Positions 18,981 through 28,900 of a stretch of DNA of 64,000 nucleotides are shown piece after piece. Below the pieces are notes generated by a model. That model ran no database searches. It worked only from the letters and a program-made list of their open reading frames with translations, and had not been told where the DNA came from. The position numbers were made by a program, and so were the translations under genes. The stretch comes from an uncultured bacterium (lineage in GTDB: Bacteria; Macinerneyibacteriota; Macinerneyibacteria; Macinerneyibacteriales; DSCS01), in assembly GCA_964548195.1 (NCBI GenBank), contig CAZJQC010000007.1:3219-67218 (forward strand), written 5' to 3'. Each line of letters starts with the position of its first letter. The stretch's first letter is position 1.

Positions 18981-19994
18981 CTATTCCTCCCCAATGGTAT
19001 CCCTCAACATATCCTCAAGCACCTTGCCCGTATAATCAAGCAAGGCGATAATCTTACCGTAATTGACCCTCTTTTCACCCACTATCGCTATCTTGGCTTT
19101 TATGCCCTCTGGCATCTTCAGCTCCCTTGTGATCAATGTGTATTCCTCAAGCGCCGAGTCCCTGTTTTCGGCGCCGATCTTTATCATAAGGTTTTTGCCG
19201 TCGTCCGATTCGCCGACAGAAGTAAGCACCTCCGCAAGCATGTCTTCACTTAAATAAACCGAATCGCGCGGCAGTTCCGCGTTCTTCATATAATCCAGCA
19301 TGCCGCCGACATATATGCGCCTGTCCCGCTCGAGGCTGAGCGAAAGCTGCTCTTTTACCAGCGAAAATATGAAAGAGCTGAAATAAAAAAAGTCGGACTC
19401 CTTCATGCTCTTTAGCGCCTCCCCCACGGTCTTGCCGACAATAAACTCCGAAAAGTATCCGTTCAGCCTTTCAAGAGACGACCGCTCCAGAGGCTCCGTT
19501 ATCCTGAACAGATGCTCTTTGATCAGGCCGGTCCTCGTGACAAGCACCGCCAGGAGCTTGTTAGGGGAAACGGGGATAAAATTGAAACAGGTTATCATAT
19601 CCTGCTCCAGCTTGGGCACAAGGGCTATGCCGATCTTCTGCGAGATCTTCGACAGTATAAGCGACGTGTCTCTCAGCACATTGTCTATCTCATTTATGCG
19701 GTGATTATATTGATCCCGTATCTTGTTCTTTTCCTTCAGTGTAAGGTCCTGTATGCGCATCATGTTGTCAACATAAAAACGATACCCCGAATCCGAGGGT
19801 ATTCTGCCAGCCGAAATATGAGGCTGATAAATATAGCCCTTGTCCTCAAGATCGGCCATGACATTCCGGATCGTCGCCGGTGACAGGTCCATGCCCTGCC
19901 GCCTGGACAGACTCCTTGAACTTACAGGCTTCCCCGTATTGATGTACTCGGTGATTATATGGTTTAATATTTTCTTTTCCCTGTCACACAGCAT
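18981..19994 (-). CDS. hrcA: Heat-inducible transcription repressor HrcA
   Basis: [30 protein letters not shown]; start ATG 19994 directly after CIRCE. Confidence 0.95.
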   Translation of the reverse strand: MLCDREKKILNHIITEYINTGKPVSSRSLSRRQGMDLSPATIRNVMADLEDKGYIYQPHISAGRIPSDSGYRFYVDNMMRIQDLTLKEKNKIRDQYNHRINEIDNVLRDTSLILSKISQKIGIALVPKLEQDMITCFNFIPVSPNKLLAVLVTRTGLIKEHLFRITEPLERSSLERLNGYFSEFIVGKTVGEALKSMKESDFFYFSSFIFSLVKEQLSLSLERDRRIYVGGMLDYMKNAELPRDSVYLSEDMLAEVLTSVGESDDGKNLMIKIGAENRDSALEEYTLITRELKMPEGIKAKIAIVGEKRVNYGKIIALLDYTGKVLEDMLRDTIGEE

Positions 19995-19995
19995 A

Positions 19996-20022
19996 TTAGC
20001 ACTCACCCCGCTTGACTGCTAA
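19996..20022. promoter_or_regulatory. CIRCE element (HrcA operator), one mismatch
   Basis: TTAGCACTC-N9-GAcTGCTAA immediately upstream of hrcA; overlaps its ribosome-binding site. Confidence 0.92.
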
Positions 20023-20064
20023 TAAATTATCATGGACGTCAGGATTTGTCAAGTGATAAAGGGG

Positions 20065-20652
20065 TCAACGGGAGTCTTTTATGAGATTTTTTATCTTTTT
20101 CAATGCCATGCCGCGGTGGCTGATCAGGTTTTTTTCACGCTCATCCATCTCCGCCATGGTCATATTCCGGGAAATCACAAGAAAAAGCGGGTCATAGCCG
20201 AAGCCGTTAATCCCTGCCGGCGATTCCAGTATCAGCCCCTCGCAAATGCCTTCCGCGCTGATTATCCTTCCGTCGGGGAAAAAAACCACCGCGCATGTGC
20301 GGAACCTGGCAGTCCGGTTTTCGCGAGTGACCCCTTCCAGCTCACGCAGAAGTTTCCTGTTGTTTGATGCGTAGTCCGCTTCCGGCCCCGAATATCTGGC
20401 GGACCTGACGCCGGGAGCCCCGTCAAGAGCGTCCACCTCAAGTCCGGAGTCATCCGAAAGCGCCGGGAGGCCTGTATACTCCGACACCGAACGGGCCTTT
20501 TTAAGGGCGTTTTCATAAAACGTCGATCCGTCTTCGATCACATCAGGAAGATCGGGGCATATGATGAACTCCGGCCCGCCCCCGCCGAATATGTCCAGTA
20601 TCTCGCGGATCTTATCGGGATTTTTCGATGCTATTACGATCTTAGCTGACAT
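20065..20652 (-). CDS. rdgB: Non-canonical purine NTP pyrophosphatase (RdgB/HAM1)
   Basis: [45 protein letters not shown]. Confidence 0.95.
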   Translation of the reverse strand: MSAKIVIASKNPDKIREILDIFGGGGPEFIICPDLPDVIEDGSTFYENALKKARSVSEYTGLPALSDDSGLEVDALDGAPGVRSARYSGPEADYASNNRKLLRELEGVTRENRTARFRTCAVVFFPDGRIISAEGICEGLILESPAGINGFGYDPLFLVISRNMTMAEMDEREKNLISHRGMALKKIKNLIKDSR

Positions 20653-21367
20653 GCTCGAATATTACCTTCCGCTGCAGCTGCGTAAGCTCTCCGATTCCTT
20701 TTTCCGCAAGGTCCATGAGCTCGTCCATAAGCTCCCTGCTGAAGGGTTCTTTTTCCGCGGTGCCCTGCACTTCGATGATACCGCCTGCGGCCGTCATCAC
20801 CACATTCATGTCGGTGTCGGCGGAAGAGTCTTCCTGATAGCACAGGTCCAGAACCGGCCTGCCCTCGACTATACCGACGCTGACGGCGGCAAGAAACTGG
20901 TCCATGGGCATCTCGCGGATCTTCTTCCTGTCATGCAATCCTTTTAGCGCAAGATACAACGCCACAAATGCACCGGTGACAGAGGCGACGCGGGTCCCTC
21001 CGTCAGCCTGTATGACATCGCAGTCCAGCAGCAGCGTCCTCTCCCCCAACAGTCTGAGATCGGTCACGCTTCTGAGGCTGCGGCCTATCAGACGCTGTAT
21101 TTCCATGGTCCTGCCGCCCTGCCTTCCCCGGGAACTCTCCCTTTGCATGCGGGAGTGGGTGGATCTTGGAAGCATGCCGTATTCAGCAGTCACCCAGCCG
21201 GAACCGCTGCCCTTAAGAAACGAGGGGATCTTCTCCTCAACGGTGGCGGTGACTATCACCTTGGTGTTGCCCCATTCTACAAGGGCGGAGCCTTCCGCGT
21301 GGGGAATAAAACCGGGTATGATCCTCACCTCACGCAGTTGATCGTCTTTTCTGCCGTCCGCTCTCAT
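20642..21367 (-). CDS. rph: Ribonuclease PH
   Basis: [36 protein letters not shown]. Confidence 0.97.
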   Translation of the reverse strand: MRADGRKDDQLREVRIIPGFIPHAEGSALVEWGNTKVIVTATVEEKIPSFLKGSGSGWVTAEYGMLPRSTHSRMQRESSRGRQGGRTMEIQRLIGRSLRSVTDLRLLGERTLLLDCDVIQADGGTRVASVTGAFVALYLALKGLHDRKKIREMPMDQFLAAVSVGIVEGRPVLDLCYQEDSSADTDMNVVMTAAGGIIEVQGTAEKEPFSRELMDELMDLAEKGIGELTQLQRKVIFEHVS

Positions 21368-21906
21368 TTCGCCTCCGGAAGTGTCAGCACGCTTATGTTA
21401 TTGTTTGTATATATGCATATGTCGGCAGCGACGGCCATCGACCGCCTGACGATCTCCTCGGCGTCAAGACCTGTCTCACGCAACAGGGCGTACGCCGCCG
21501 CCAATGCGAAACTTCCTCCCGAGCCTATCGCAAGCACGCCGTTTTCATCCTCTATCACCTCGCCGCTTCCTGAAAGCAAAAAGGACTCGTCGGCATCAGC
21601 GACTATCATCATGGCTTCAAGCCGTCTCAAATACTTGTCCGTGCGCCATTCCCTGGCCAGCTCCACAGAGGCACGCCTCAGGTTGTTCTTGTATGAATTG
21701 AGCTTTGACGTGAACCGCTCCACAAGCGCAAAGGCATCCGCGACGCTGCCGGCAAATCCGACCAGCACGTTCTCATTTATCATCCTGATCTTTACGGCAG
21801 TGCTTTTGACCTGTGTATTGCCCAGCGTGACCTGACCGTCACCAGCGATGGCGACCAGTCCGTTCTTTCGTACCATAAGGACGGTAGTTCCCTTGATATT
21901 TTCCAT
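21364..21906 (-). CDS. hslV: ATP-dependent protease subunit HslV
   Basis: [32 protein letters not shown]. Confidence 0.96.
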   Translation of the reverse strand: MENIKGTTVLMVRKNGLVAIAGDGQVTLGNTQVKSTAVKIRMINENVLVGFAGSVADAFALVERFTSKLNSYKNNLRRASVELAREWRTDKYLRRLEAMMIVADADESFLLSGSGEVIEDENGVLAIGSGGSFALAAAYALLRETGLDAEEIVRRSMAVAADICIYTNNNISVLTLPEAK

Positions 21907-22797
21907 TTATTCTCCTTTTTCCCCGTTTTTTGCCCGGGGGTGGCAATCGCCGTATACCTTTCTCAGTCTGTCCATGGTGACATGGGTGTATATCTGCGTC
22001 GTGGACAGAGAGTTATGCCCCAGAAGCTCCTGCACCGATCTGAGATCCGCACCTCGTTCAAGCAGATGCGTGGCAAAAGAATGCCTTATCTTATGGGGCG
22101 ATATCCTCTTGGAGAGAGCGGCTCTTTTGACGTATGCATCCAAAATACGCCTTATGTCGCGCTCATGCAGCGGTTTCCCGTTCAGGCTCAGAAAAACGAT
22201 GCCCGGAACATGCCGCCTCTCCCCGAGATAATCCGTCAAAGCCGATGCGGCGCTGCCGTTTACGGGAAGCACCCGTTCTTTTCCACCCTTGCCGTATACA
22301 CGCAGTGAAGACCTGGCAAGATCGACAGCTTCTGTCCTCAGGGAGACGATCTCGCCCACACGCATCCCCGTGGCATAAAGAAGCTCCAGGATGGCGCGGT
22401 CTCTGACAGCCTTGGGGCTCCCGGCGGGAAACGACCCCAACAGCTCCTCCATCTCGTCAACGGTCAAAAAGACCGGCAGTCTTTTTGTCCTTTTCGCGGA
22501 AGAGATCTCTTCTGTCGGGTCGGTATCCATGATGCCTTCACGGTCCATGAATTTATAAAAACGCCTCAATGCAGACAACTTTCTGTTTATCGTGGCCCTT
22601 TTTCTGTCATTGTCGTAAAGATACTCTATGAACATGCGTATATCCTCCGGGACGACAGCGTCAAAATGCATATCGGCTATACGGAAAAACTCCTCAATAT
22701 CACCCGCATACGAGGAGAGGGTATGGGGAGAGTAACCTCTTTCAACATCACAATATCTTATAAAAGAATCCAATGCCTCGCGGTTACTCAGTGGCAT
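21907..22797 (-). CDS. xerC: Chromosomal tyrosine recombinase XerC/XerD
   Basis: R-K-H-R-H-Y set (GMRVGE, GKGGKER, HKIRHSFATH, LLGH, TQIY); topA-xerC-hslV context; start moved to 22797. Confidence 0.88.
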   Translation of the reverse strand: MPLSNREALDSFIRYCDVERGYSPHTLSSYAGDIEEFFRIADMHFDAVVPEDIRMFIEYLYDNDRKRATINRKLSALRRFYKFMDREGIMDTDPTEEISSAKRTKRLPVFLTVDEMEELLGSFPAGSPKAVRDRAILELLYATGMRVGEIVSLRTEAVDLARSSLRVYGKGGKERVLPVNGSAASALTDYLGERRHVPGIVFLSLNGKPLHERDIRRILDAYVKRAALSKRISPHKIRHSFATHLLERGADLRSVQELLGHNSLSTTQIYTHVTMDRLRKVYGDCHPRAKNGEKGE

Positions 22798-24979
22798 AGC
22801 CGCATCCCTTTCGGGAACAGACCGTTTTTTTGCCTTTCTCCACCAGATATTCACCACATTCGGGACATACTGCTCCGGTGGGTTTGTTCCAATCCACAAA
22901 ATCACATTGCGGATAACGGTCGCATCCGTAAAAATATCTGCCTTTTTTCGATTTTTTCCTCACCACATGACCGGTGCCGCATTTGGGGCATGTGACGCCT
23001 ATCTTCTCATCCACTTTTTTTGTGTATCTGCATTCGGGATAACGTGAGCACGCGATAAACTCTCCGAACCGTCCCCTTTTTTTCACAAGGCCGCTGCCGC
23101 ATTCCGGGCAAGTCCCCTCCACGGTCAGATTCCCCTCCACGGGCACCGGCTTCCCGTCCGTCATCTCAAAATCCATCGTGTTTTTACATTCGGGATAACC
23201 GCTGCATGCCAGAAACCTTCCGTTGCGTCCCCATCTGATTATCATGGGCATGCCGCATTTGGCACATTTTATCTCGGTCTTTTGTATCACGGACTCCTTG
23301 ATGGAGGGGATGTCCTTTTCCGCATCCTCAAGCCAGCCCGTCAGGTCGTCATAGAACTTTCTCAGGATCTCCTTATGACCGGATTCGCCGTTTTCTATGT
23401 CGTCAAGGTCGTTTTCCATATTTTCGGTAAATTCATAATCGACTATGCGCGGAAATAATGATCTTACCGTGTCATTCACGATCATGCCAAGATCCGTGCA
23501 GATCAGTTTCCTTGCCTCTCTCTGAACGTATTGCCTGTTTATAAGTACCGTTATTATCTGCGCATACGTGGAAGGGCGGCCTATGCCGAGCGCCTCAAGT
23601 TTTTTCACAAGGCTCGCGTCCGTGAAACACGCCGGCGGCTGGGTCTCTTTTTCATCGGGAAATATGCCGTCGCATGCCTTTTCCTTCCCGATCTCGAAAC
23701 CGCTTATATCCATCGGGGAATCATCCCTCGCGGCCCATCGGTAAATATTCTCAAAGCCGTCGAACACCCTCACTGCCCCTTCAGCCTCGAACAGATGTCT
23801 ACCGTTCAGAATGGACAGGACCGTGTTCTGATAAATGGCAGGCACCATCTGTGACGCCACAAAACGTTCCCAGATGAGCTTGTAAAGCCTGTGCAGGTCT
23901 TTTTCCATCATGTCCGACAAAGAATCCGGCGTTATAAAGACTGATGTGGGGCGTATGGCCTCATGGGCGTCCTGTATTTTTGTCCCCTTCTTTTTTGCGT
24001 AGAAATTCGGCTTTTCAGGCAGGTATCTCTCCCCGCGGTCCCGGGCTATAAAGGCGCGGGCGTCGTTCAGGGCTTCCTGGGAGACCCTGAAAGAATCCGT
24101 TCTCATGTATGTGATCAGGCCGGTATTCCCCCCCGGCAATGCGATCCCTTCATAGAGGCGCTGGGCCAGCATCATCGTCTTTTTTGCGGAATAGCCCAGT
24201 CTGTTATACGCCTCCTGCTGAAGCGTACTCGTTATAAAAGGCGGTTTCGCCCTTTTTTCCCTCTTTGCCGAATCGATGCTTTCAACGATAAAGCTGCCGG
24301 AAGAGAGCTCCTCCATCACCGTCAAAAAGTCTTTTTCCTCAGTTATGCGCGACCGTTTTCCATCCGTCTTGACCAGTTTTGCTGTCACATCTCCAAACGC
24401 GGCGGTGATCTCCCAGTATTTTTCCGGTATAAAACCGTCTATCTCGGCCTGCCTTTCGGCGATCAGCCTCAGGGCCGCGGACTGCACCCTGCCCGCGGAC
24501 AGCCCTTTGTACATGATACGCCACAATATGGGGCTGATCCTGTAACCCACAAGCCTGTCAAGTATGCGTCTTGTCTGCTGCGAATAGAACATGTTCATGT
24601 CAATATCGGAAAGCTCGTTCAGCGCCTCGTTGATCCCCTTTTCAGTTATTTCCGTGAACCTGGCCCGCTTGATCTCCACCCCGGAGTCAGCCAGTTTGCG
24701 CATGATGTGATAGGCGATCGCCTCGCCTTCACGGTCGGGGTCGGTGGCAAGTATCACCATGTCAGCCTTCTCTGATTTTTTCTTTATCTCGTTGATCACG
24801 GCGGCTTTACCCTTGATCGTGACATACTGCGGCTCAAGCGTGTCCGGATCTATACCCAGCTTTGACTTGGGAAGGTCTATCACATGGCCTACGGAGGCCA
24901 TGACATCATAATTTCTTTTGACTATCTTTTTTACCGTCTTTACTTTTGTGGGTGATTCCACGATGATAAGCCCCTTCAT
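22784..24979 (-). CDS. topA: DNA topoisomerase I
   Basis: IVESPTK, ATDPDREGE, AGRVQS, catalytic ITYMRTDS, C-terminal zinc ribbons. Confidence 0.97.
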   Translation of the reverse strand: MKGLIIVESPTKVKTVKKIVKRNYDVMASVGHVIDLPKSKLGIDPDTLEPQYVTIKGKAAVINEIKKKSEKADMVILATDPDREGEAIAYHIMRKLADSGVEIKRARFTEITEKGINEALNELSDIDMNMFYSQQTRRILDRLVGYRISPILWRIMYKGLSAGRVQSAALRLIAERQAEIDGFIPEKYWEITAAFGDVTAKLVKTDGKRSRITEEKDFLTVMEELSSGSFIVESIDSAKREKRAKPPFITSTLQQEAYNRLGYSAKKTMMLAQRLYEGIALPGGNTGLITYMRTDSFRVSQEALNDARAFIARDRGERYLPEKPNFYAKKKGTKIQDAHEAIRPTSVFITPDSLSDMMEKDLHRLYKLIWERFVASQMVPAIYQNTVLSILNGRHLFEAEGAVRVFDGFENIYRWAARDDSPMDISGFEIGKEKACDGIFPDEKETQPPACFTDASLVKKLEALGIGRPSTYAQIITVLINRQYVQREARKLICTDLGMIVNDTVRSLFPRIVDYEFTENMENDLDDIENGESGHKEILRKFYDDLTGWLEDAEKDIPSIKESVIQKTEIKCAKCGMPMIIRWGRNGRFLACSGYPECKNTMDFEMTDGKPVPVEGNLTVEGTCPECGSGLVKKRGRFGEFIACSRYPECRYTKKVDEKIGVTCPKCGTGHVVRKKSKKGRYFYGCDRYPQCDFVDWNKPTGAVCPECGEYLVEKGKKTVCSRKGCGYATE

Positions 24980-25374
24980 AGGGTGCCTCCGTCCTTGGTT
25001 ATTATTATCTCGGTCCTGCGGGATAATCCGGCCGAAGAGATCCGTATGACCGGGAAAGCGATGAAAAAAAACAATGCCGCGAATATCATGCCCGGAATCT
25101 CGCCCCCCGGGAATATGAGTTTCCCCGTAAAATAACCGGCGATAAGAAAGATCACCGGCAATAAATAAATAAGAAATACCAGCTTTTTATAATCAGTGAC
25201 TACCTCGACGATGACTCTGTCGCCGGCGCCGCAGTCCCAGTTGAAAGACTCGCGGGGGACCTCCATGTCCACACATGAACCGCACATATTGCATTTGGTA
25301 CACGCCTCATCGGCAAAAGTGGCCAACACGACGGTCTCCCCCTTCAATTCCTTTATCACACCCTTTTTCGTCAC
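24976..25374 (-). CDS. RseC/MucC family membrane protein
   Basis: CTKCNMCGSC cluster, GDRVIV, IYLLP, two TM helices; GTG start at 25374. Confidence 0.75.
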   Translation of the reverse strand: MTKKGVIKELKGETVVLATFADEACTKCNMCGSCVDMEVPRESFNWDCGAGDRVIVEVVTDYKKLVFLIYLLPVIFLIAGYFTGKLIFPGGEIPGMIFAALFFFIAFPVIRISSAGLSRRTEIIITKDGGTL

Positions 25375-25913
25375 CTGGCCGCCTTCCTCTTGTAAAATCC
25401 CATTATACAGCCCAGCGCCACCGACCATAATGCGGCCATGCCTATCCTGAGCGGGACCGGCATCAGAAACGTAAGGGTGTGGGCAGGTATCCAAAACCAC
25501 AATAATGTCATCAACGATCCCTTTATCCCGCCGTATCCGGCATGCCCGGAAATAATATTGTCCGAAAACCGGTGTAAAAACATCATCTGCGGGCCAAAGA
25601 GCAGGTTCATGAAACAGGATACCGCAAAAGCCCTGAGAAATCCGCCCGCGAATAGAGGCGGAAGAAGCTCCGCCGACAAAAGTCTGTCTGTAAAACCGAC
25701 AAACCCGGTAAATGCGAATTTTATCGTTATCCCCAGCATACCCCAGGCCGCGGCCTTCAATAAACCTGCCTTAAGACCAAAAGGTGCCCTGCTGGATGCC
25801 GAGGCAATAAAAGAACCAAGTATTTCCCCGATTGTCCCCAGCAAAGCAAACTGCAGAAATGCGGACAACAACACATGTTCAGTCACAAATCCAATGTAAA
25901 TATCCATAATCAC
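25371..25913 (-). CDS. Mpv17/PMP22-like membrane protein
   Basis: MNLLFGP, FWIPAHTLTF...LRI...WSVALG; multi-TM. Family recognised by eye. Confidence 0.6.
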   Translation of the reverse strand: MIMDIYIGFVTEHVLLSAFLQFALLGTIGEILGSFIASASSRAPFGLKAGLLKAAAWGMLGITIKFAFTGFVGFTDRLLSAELLPPLFAGGFLRAFAVSCFMNLLFGPQMMFLHRFSDNIISGHAGYGGIKGSLMTLLWFWIPAHTLTFLMPVPLRIGMAALWSVALGCIMGFYKRKAAR

Positions 25914-25944
25914 CGTCCCCCGACCAGTAAAATAACATGTGATT

Positions 25945-28900
25945 TCAATTAGTCAAGCCGGGACTTTTCCTCAAATGCCTTAAATGCCCCGTAATAAGCC
26001 TTGCCAGTATGTTAAGGAGGTTCGCCTCCACATAGGTGTATTCCTTCTTTTTTATGCCGCTTGAAAAGTATATGTGCAGATAGATCCCCTCTTCCTCGAT
26101 CGCCACAAGGAGGTCGGAGTTCATACCCTTCATATCCTCCTCATATTTCCAGTTGATGGCTATAAGCGATTCTTTAGTCCGCTTCGCATAATCTATGTAC
26201 TTGGCTATGGTCATGATCTTCGGGTCCCTGTACTCATACTCCTCCGTGCCGACCCTTATCTTGAAATCAAGGTGCTCATATTCCAGAAATCTGCTCAGCA
26301 TGCCGTGAAGGGTCCAGAAATAGCTTTTGACATCGGACGGTTCAAGCATGGTAAGCTCGATCAGGTTTCGTACTATATCCTCGGTCATAGCTATGTCACC
26401 GGTTATTATTCCGGCAAGTATGTCGTGTTTTCCCCGGTACAAGCCGTATTTTTCCTCCCAGAATATCAGCCCTTCACCCTCTTTTTTGGCCCTGTTCAGA
26501 GCTGAGACCCCTTTTGAAAGCACTATTTCCAGTTTTTCACCGTGGTCGGGCACATAACTCATACCCATGCTTACGGAAACATTTTTGTCCGACAGATAGG
26601 CATCCTGCCTTAATATCCTGAGCAGCTGTTCCGCCTTCTCCATAAGCTTTTTTTTCGTCACCCTGGGCACCGCCACCACAAATTCCTCCCCGAGATATCT
26701 CCCTATGATATCTCCGGGATCCGCATTGTCGCGCATGATCTGCGCGACTTTTCTGATAATGCCGTCACCCTCGATCTCTCCGTATTTTCTGTTCAAGTCA
26801 GACATGTGATCTATATCCGCTATAATAAAGCCGATTGTCTCATCTTTTCTTCTCTGGGCTATTTTCTTTTCAATGGCATTGAGAAAATAATACCTTGTGA
26901 ACACGCCGGTGAGGGGACAGATGATGATCTCGTCCCTTATCTCCTTATACCGTGTGAGAAGACCCATGTGCTGCACCAGAGGAAAGATGTATTCCGTCAG
27001 TTCCTTTTTGATGTTGTTGCAATATTTTTTTGTGTCCATATACAGGAATCCTCTGACAGCGTCGTTTAAATAGGTCTCCGTCAGGTCTTCTTCCTCAAAT
27101 TCCTCGGCAAAGCCGTAATCAAGCATGGGGAAGACGGCGGCCTTTACAATATTCGAGGAAAATGTGGAATAATCGCGTATGGTCATCATCCCCGGAGACT
27201 TGATGACGGTATAAAGCAGGTCGCTTCTGTACTCCTCATCGCCAAACACCTGTCTTTCAGTCACCTCCTGGACCTTTACAAACCGTTTCGACGAATCGCG
27301 TAAAAACAGCGTCACACGATCGGATTTTGAAAATTCAAGTATGTATTTAAGTATGTTCTTTATTGTCTCGCCTATGTTCATGTACGCGTAGTTCCAGTCT
27401 TCAATAAGTGCGAACATGTCCTTTTTATAAAATCTTGCCATGTTCGAGGAGTATTCTTCCTGCCACAGACCGCGCACAAAGTTGAACGTTATTTTCCCGG
27501 AGGGCACGCCCAGCATCTCGGCTATCGCCTTTTTACGTTCGGATATGTTCCTGTGTATATGTGTCTTTTGATGGAATCTGATATATCCTTTGGGGAAATT
27601 GTTTTTTATATGCTGTTCGTAAAACAGTATGTCGGTGCAGACCTCGTACAGCCGATAGTTAAATTGTTTTTTCTCATACAGTTTTGAGAGTTCTATAAGC
27701 ACGTCGACTATCTTACGGTTTTTCTTCTCTCTTTTATACCGGGATAACAGCCGTTCAAGTATCGCGATCTTTTCCTCATCGGTCCTGACAAAATAAATAC
27801 TGTGGAACTCAAGGTTTATGTCTCCCAGATCGGTCTGCCTGTCCGCGCTCAGTGTCTTCAGCCGGTTGAACAGGTCCCGTGCCTGCGTCTTCTTTCCCAT
27901 ATGGTTGAACAGTATGTCGACTTTCTTCAGAGAGATGTCAAAATACTCATAATTATAAACCCCGCGGGTCTCTGATTCCGACATCATCCTGTCATAGTAT
28001 TCCAGAGCCTTCGCGGGCTTGTTCCAATAATAATAGATGTCGCCCATGGATGCGTTGTATTCCTGCATGTACTGCCAGTAGTTCATCTCACGGGCCGTCT
28101 TTCTTATCAACGTGCACAGGTATCTTGATTTTTTAAAATCGCCCATCTGGACCAATATTCCAATGGCCTGTTTCAATACTATCAAATACTTCTTTTTGTC
28201 ATACTTTCCCACATAACGCATGGCTTCGGCAACGGTTGAATACGCTTCTTTGAACCTGAAACTCTCCGCATGGAGTTCCGCGATATTGGCCAGGGGGACG
28301 ACAACGCTCTGCAGGTCTCCGGCATGTCTGCCGATCGAAACAGATTTATTGAGCTCCTGAATGATCTCATCGGCGGAAAAGCCGATGAAATATTTAGAAC
28401 TCGCGATGTTGTTATGGGCTATGATCTGATCCCTGGGACTGTTTACGGAAGCCGCCGCCTCCAGAGCCGCGGTATAGGCTGATTTCGCCTTTGTGGCATC
28501 GCCCACGTTTAACAATATGTTTCCCTTCATCACCAGCGCGCTGATAAGCGTCTTCACAAAACTGGTCTCATCAACAGACAATACCGTCAATTCTTCTATG
28601 AAGGCATCTATCGCCGATTCGATATCCTCATATTCCCCTGACGTATATAGATGTGAAAAAGCATCGGCCCTTATCTTCGCTTTATACGGCGACATCGCAT
28701 GGGCAGTGTCTTTTGCCAGTTTTAACGCTGAAAGATGCTTGCTTTCCCCCTTTTCCATCAGAAAATCAAAATAATCCGACAAAAAAGCCCCCTCAGTCTT
28801 TATCCTCCCGCCGGCCGCAAGCTGGCGCAGTTTTCTTATCCTTTTCAGCGAATCCTTGTAAAGCTTTTTCAGACGTCCGTATGTCGTCGAGAGATAGTAC

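Noticed and set aside
21907-22797. Tyrosine recombinase as a sign of a mobile element
   Set aside because: It sits in the conserved topA-xerC-hslV context with no att sites, cargo genes or compositional shift.
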